From the NCBI GenBank assembly GCA_016699385.1, contig CP064974.1, positions 339,042 to 403,041 on the forward strand: a DNA stretch of 64,000 nucleotides, given 5' to 3'. This stretch comes from Candidatus Moraniibacteriota bacterium (GTDB taxonomy: Bacteria; Patescibacteriota; Minisyncoccia; Moranbacterales; UBA1568). Numbering within the stretch: the first letter of the stretch is position 1; every line of letters starts with the position of its first letter. Below are positions 60,124 through 64,000 of this stretch, one piece after another. Made by a program: the position numbers and the translations under genes. A model generated the notes under the pieces. The model had not been told where the DNA came from. It did no database searches and was given only the letters and a program-made list of their open reading frames with translations.

Positions 60124-61887
60124 ATGAATATTCTAACGAAACATTGGGGAATTTTTGCTTTGCTTACTATTCTGGCTGGAGCGATTTTTGTGCGGACGTA
60201 TTCCTTGGATACCTGGCTCTACTTCAAGATGGATCAATCGAGAGATGCGCTCCTTATGACGGAAGTACTCGAAAATGGACCGAGCGCTTTGCCGCTTCTT
60301 GGTCCCCGAGTTGGCGCGGTGGCACTCCAGCACGGATTTCTGCGGCTTGGTCCGATTTACTACTATTTCCAATATCTATCGGGCATTCTCTTTCATTCAT
60401 CGGAACCAGTAGTCTTCGCCTACCCGGATGTATTTTTCTCGATTGCCGCCATTCCACTGCTCTATCTCTTTGCTCGGCTCTATTTCGAAAAGCGTCTCGC
60501 TTTGATGATTACCGCGATGTATGCGTTTTCATTTCTTATCATTCAGTACTCCCGATTTGCTTGGAATCCAAATTCACTGCAATTTTTTATTCTTCTGAGT
60601 TTCTACGGACTTTTGCGATTTTTGAATGAGAGTCGCCCCGCGCCGAAACGCTGGTGGCTCGCGCTCTGGGCAGTGGGGAGTGCTATCGGTTCACAACTGC
60701 ACTTCTTCGGTTTCTTCAGTTTGCTCGGCATTTCTGGACTTCTGATACTTTTCCATTTGCGCATTTGGGAGAAAGCCTCATGGAGGACGTTTGTTCAGAA
60801 AGAATCTCTTCGGCAGTTCGCGGTGTTTTCCGTTATTGTCCTCGGAGTATTCGCTGTGTTTTATACGCCGGTTATCATCAGCGATAGTCTTCGTGGCGGT
60901 GAAAACACGAGGAATTTCTTCGAAGCGCTTGGCTCAAAGGCGGAGAAAAAACCGTTTATCGAAAAACTACAGAAAACTGTGACGGAGAATCTGAAGTATT
61001 CCTGTCTTCTCATGACATCGGAATGTTATTCTGGTGACGTAGGGGATAATATTCCGATGGTGAGTTTGACGGGCATTCTTCTTTTTATGGGTGTGATGCT
61101 CGCGATTCGCGGCGTGCGAAATGAAAAGAACACTCTTCGTCGAGATTTCCTCGTGCTCATTCTCTTGTGGCTTGGTGTTTTCATTGTTCTCACAGAGCCG
61201 GTTTCTTTTCAGCTTCGCCCGCGCTTTTATATCGTCATCTTTGCTGTGCCATTTCTGCTTCTGGGCGTTCTTTTCACCTTCATCGAGGAGCGTTTCGGAA
61301 AGCGAGCGATTCTCGTGTCATCATTCATGACGCTTGGCATTGTCGCGCTCAATGCGCATGGAACATGGCTCTGGTTTGCAGAGCAAGCAAAAGCGCAAAC
61401 AAAAGCCGTCGCCGTGAAACGAACACTCATCTTGAAAACCAAAGACGGCGTGACGCTCGGGCAATTGCGTGGAGTAGCTGAATGGATATACGTGCGGATG
61501 AAGCCGGAGAATACCCTCTATTACTATGTCAAACCAGAACATCAACGCCCGATAAAATTTCTTTTGCTCTCGCAGCGGGACGCATCGCTTCGCATTGAAT
61601 TACTCAAAATGAATGGCGATCCGCACGCGCAGTTTTTTGCTATCACGCCTGCGAAGAATGGGAAAAAAGGCATTGCCAATAAATTGAAGCGTCCGGAGAC
61701 GGAATTCACGGTTCTTGAATCGAAGCAATTTGGCGAGCTTTTGGTCTCGGAAGTTGAATTTCCTTCTCGGAGTATTTCTGAGAGTTTCAAATACAAAGGA
61801 GGAAGTGGTGATAAAGCGGATCGGGAAGGAGAGAGTGACCGCAGTTATTGGAAGGATGTTTTTCCAACGACTTCTTCTAAGAAATAA
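60124..61887 (+). CDS. PMT/ArnT-family GT-C glycosyltransferase, tandem paralog 1
   Basis: 587 aa. Shares the N-terminal pattern FVRTY..D.WL.F..DQSRDA...LPLLGP..G with the two downstream ORFs. Confidence 0.6.
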   Translation: MNILTKHWGIFALLTILAGAIFVRTYSLDTWLYFKMDQSRDALLMTEVLENGPSALPLLGPRVGAVALQHGFLRLGPIYYYFQYLSGILFHSSEPVVFAYPDVFFSIAAIPLLYLFARLYFEKRLALMITAMYAFSFLIIQYSRFAWNPNSLQFFILLSFYGLLRFLNESRPAPKRWWLALWAVGSAIGSQLHFFGFFSLLGISGLLILFHLRIWEKASWRTFVQKESLRQFAVFSVIVLGVFAVFYTPVIISDSLRGGENTRNFFEALGSKAEKKPFIEKLQKTVTENLKYSCLLMTSECYSGDVGDNIPMVSLTGILLFMGVMLAIRGVRNEKNTLRRDFLVLILLWLGVFIVLTEPVSFQLRPRFYIVIFAVPFLLLGVLFTFIEERFGKRAILVSSFMTLGIVALNAHGTWLWFAEQAKAQTKAVAVKRTLILKTKDGVTLGQLRGVAEWIYVRMKPENTLYYYVKPEHQRPIKFLLLSQRDASLRIELLKMNGDPHAQFFAITPAKNGKKGIANKLKRPETEFTVLESKQFGELLVSEVEFPSRSISESFKYKGGSGDKADREGESDRSYWKDVFPTTSSKK

Positions 61888-61896
61888 AGAAAGTGC

Positions 61897-63552
61897 ATGA
61901 AACAGTGGATAGACTTCAGACTGAATCATCCCTCTTCTTGGTGGAGAAGTCCTCTTTTTCGGATTTCTTTGTCGCTCTTTGTGATTCTCGCAGTTGGGAT
62001 ATTCGTCCGTACGTACCATTTTCACGAATGGCTTCACTTCGGGTCGGATCAAGCAAGAGATGTGATGCTGGTGGGGGATGTGATAGAGGGGAAAGAACCT
62101 TTGCCACTCCTTGGCATGGAGGCGGGGAATACCCGATTCGACCTCGGTCCGGCGTACTACTATTTCCAGATATCATCCGCAAAACTCTTTGGTGTTCGTC
62201 CTGAAACCATGGCGTATCCAGATGTCCTGCTTTCGATACTGGCAATTCCACTCGCCTTCTTTCTTTTTCGCAAGCTCTTTGATATACGTCTCTCCCTTGC
62301 ACTTACAGGGCTCTATGCGATTTCCTTTTACGTTGTCGAATACTCTCGATTTGCATGGAATCCCAATGCAATTCCGTTTTTTGTGGGGCTTTTTTTGTTG
62401 TCCCTGACTGAATTCATGGAAGCGGAGGAAATGACTAGGTGGCAGTGGATATTGGCGCTCGGCATCGCTATCGGCATCGGGATACAATTGCATACTATTC
62501 TTTTGTTTCTATTTCCTGCGATACTCGTAGGCATCTTCCTTCTCTTCTTGAAGAAAAATTCCGGCGTGGTGTTGCGTCTTTTGAGTATCATTGTCATTGT
62601 GCTGACACTCAATATTCCGCAGATACTGAGTGAGGTGCACACTCATGGGAAAAATACGAAGCTTTTTTTGAAAGCATTCACTGATCGATCGGAAAGTAGT
62701 AGCGCGCAATTTACAGAAAGTCTTGAAACAGATATTCTCTGTCATGCGCAGGCAAATTCGCATATACTTTCGGCATTGGGACATCATGGAAATTGCAATT
62801 TTCTCTTGCTTCTCGAACATCCTGAGAGGTTTCTCGATATTTCTTCGCTGATTCTCTCGTATGGCGGGATTGTACTCAGTGTTTTATTTTCTCTCATTGG
62901 CTATTCATTGCTGGCATATCTCGCATTCAAAGAATCCGATCCAAGACGGAAAAAATTTTTGATTGTTGTGCTGATATATGTGGGACTATCATTTGCCATT
63001 CTTTTTTCCGTCATTCGTGGAGCGCCACTTCGCTACTTCATTTACGCAACCTATATCCCATTCATACTCTTTGGATTAATCCTTGTTCAAATCCGGAAGT
63101 ATCTTCCGAATTGTTCTCGCGGTATTATTGTGGGCGCGCTCGTTGTATCTGCGCTCTTGAATATACGAGCGATAGGGAGGGAAGCATTGCAGCTTGCAAC
63201 GGGAACGCGTGGAGACTCTGGGTTTGTTGTGCTGGGCGAGGCAGAGCGAATGGTTGCGTATATGAAGGAACGATCCGAACCATGGACGGAGGCAAATCTC
63301 GCAGGCGGGACAGCGTATTTCTCAACCTATTACAAGTCGCTCAAGTATGTCGCGGCGCAAGAGGGTCTCGATATCCACCTTGCCAAGCGGAAACGCCCTC
63401 CAGTATCCGAACTCCCGTATTTCCTCATCTACAAACCATTTGACCAAAGAGAGCCTTCCTTTGCAAAAGGATACGATGTGCTCGATCATCGTGACTTCGG
63501 ACAGATAGGCATCTATCAGTTGCGCAGTGTACAATATCGGACTTCAGAATAA
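61897..63552 (+). CDS. PMT/ArnT-family GT-C glycosyltransferase, tandem paralog 2
   Basis: 551 aa, clearly paralogous to 60124..61887 (FVRTYHFHEWLHFGSDQARDV...AYPDVLLSILAIPL). Confidence 0.6.
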   Translation: MKQWIDFRLNHPSSWWRSPLFRISLSLFVILAVGIFVRTYHFHEWLHFGSDQARDVMLVGDVIEGKEPLPLLGMEAGNTRFDLGPAYYYFQISSAKLFGVRPETMAYPDVLLSILAIPLAFFLFRKLFDIRLSLALTGLYAISFYVVEYSRFAWNPNAIPFFVGLFLLSLTEFMEAEEMTRWQWILALGIAIGIGIQLHTILLFLFPAILVGIFLLFLKKNSGVVLRLLSIIVIVLTLNIPQILSEVHTHGKNTKLFLKAFTDRSESSSAQFTESLETDILCHAQANSHILSALGHHGNCNFLLLLEHPERFLDISSLILSYGGIVLSVLFSLIGYSLLAYLAFKESDPRRKKFLIVVLIYVGLSFAILFSVIRGAPLRYFIYATYIPFILFGLILVQIRKYLPNCSRGIIVGALVVSALLNIRAIGREALQLATGTRGDSGFVVLGEAERMVAYMKERSEPWTEANLAGGTAYFSTYYKSLKYVAAQEGLDIHLAKRKRPPVSELPYFLIYKPFDQREPSFAKGYDVLDHRDFGQIGIYQLRSVQYRTSE

Positions 63553-63590
63553 TATTCGCGGAAATCTTTTCGAACAATGACGAAAATACC

Positions 63591-64000
63591 TATGAGCCAT
63601 CTTGCTCTCACATTTCGGAAAGTACCATGGACGATCTGGGTGCTTGCAGGAATTCTCGTTATTGGAATTTTTGTTCGGACCTATCATTTTCATGACTGGC
63701 TTCGTTTCAATGCTGATCAGTCACGAGATGCTGGAATCGTGAGCAGTGTTATTGAAGGAGAAACATCGCTTCCGCTTCTTGGACCGAAGGCTGGTGGAAC
63801 GGACTTTCGGCTTGGTTCGGCTTTTTACATGTTTCAGATTGTTTCCGCTAAGATATTTGGGGATCGTCCGGATGTGATGGCGTATCCAGATCTTCTGAGT
63901 TCTATCCTCTCTATTCCACTTCTCTATTGTTTTCTTCGGCTCTACTTCGAGAGAAAGACATCGCTCCTTCTCACGACCGTTTTTGCAGTTTCTTTCTACG
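63591..64000 (+). CDS. PMT/ArnT-family GT-C glycosyltransferase, tandem paralog 3 (5' fragment; runs off the window)
   Basis: Begins MTKIPMSHLALTFRKVPW...FVRTYHFHDWLRFNADQSRDAGIV...AYPDLLSSILSIPL. Same family as the two preceding ORFs. Confidence 0.55.

Overview
This 64-kb window reads like a segment of a small, streamlined bacterial chromosome. It is most consistent with a Candidate Phyla Radiation (Patescibacteria-like) genome, inferred from gene content only: many glycosyltransferases, a DUF4012-like protein, a short hinge-less SMC, compact gene spacing, and no rRNA or mobile-element genes. Dense, mostly plus-strand housekeeping genes (thyA-folA, a PBP2-type transpeptidase, greA, uppP, folD, parA, smc, lysS, serS, frr, rseP, secA, prfB, ftsEX, ddl) are interleaved with five tRNA genes (Leu-CAA, Lys-TTT, Thr-CGT, Gln-CTG, Ala-CGC). 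Cell-envelope glycan genes are heavily represented: GT4 and GT26 transferases, Wzy-like and Wzz-like proteins, beta-helix and GH28 proteins, four PMT/ArnT-like mannosyltransferase paralogs, and a 1521-aa NdvB-like GT84/GH94 membrane giant. Notable points: (i) prfB carries the canonical programmed +1 frameshift (CTT TGA T), confirming UGA is a stop here. (ii) Two low-GC islets sit immediately 3' of tRNA-Thr and tRNA-Gln. They carry eclectic cargo: a SET-domain methyltransferase, NUDIX, CYTH, an ANT/KNTase-like nucleotidyltransferase, an N-terminally membrane-anchored unknown protein, and frameshifted cupin and ASCH genes. A third disrupted NUDIX gene (in-frame TAG) follows tRNA-Ala. (iii) A ~40-bp direct repeat flanks a ~1-kb cassette inside the first islet. 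(iv) There are several strong palindromes and terminator hairpins. tRNA, terminator and promoter coordinates were counted by hand and may be off by 1-2 nt. CDS coordinates follow the supplied ORF track, with start codons refined where homology made the true start obvious.
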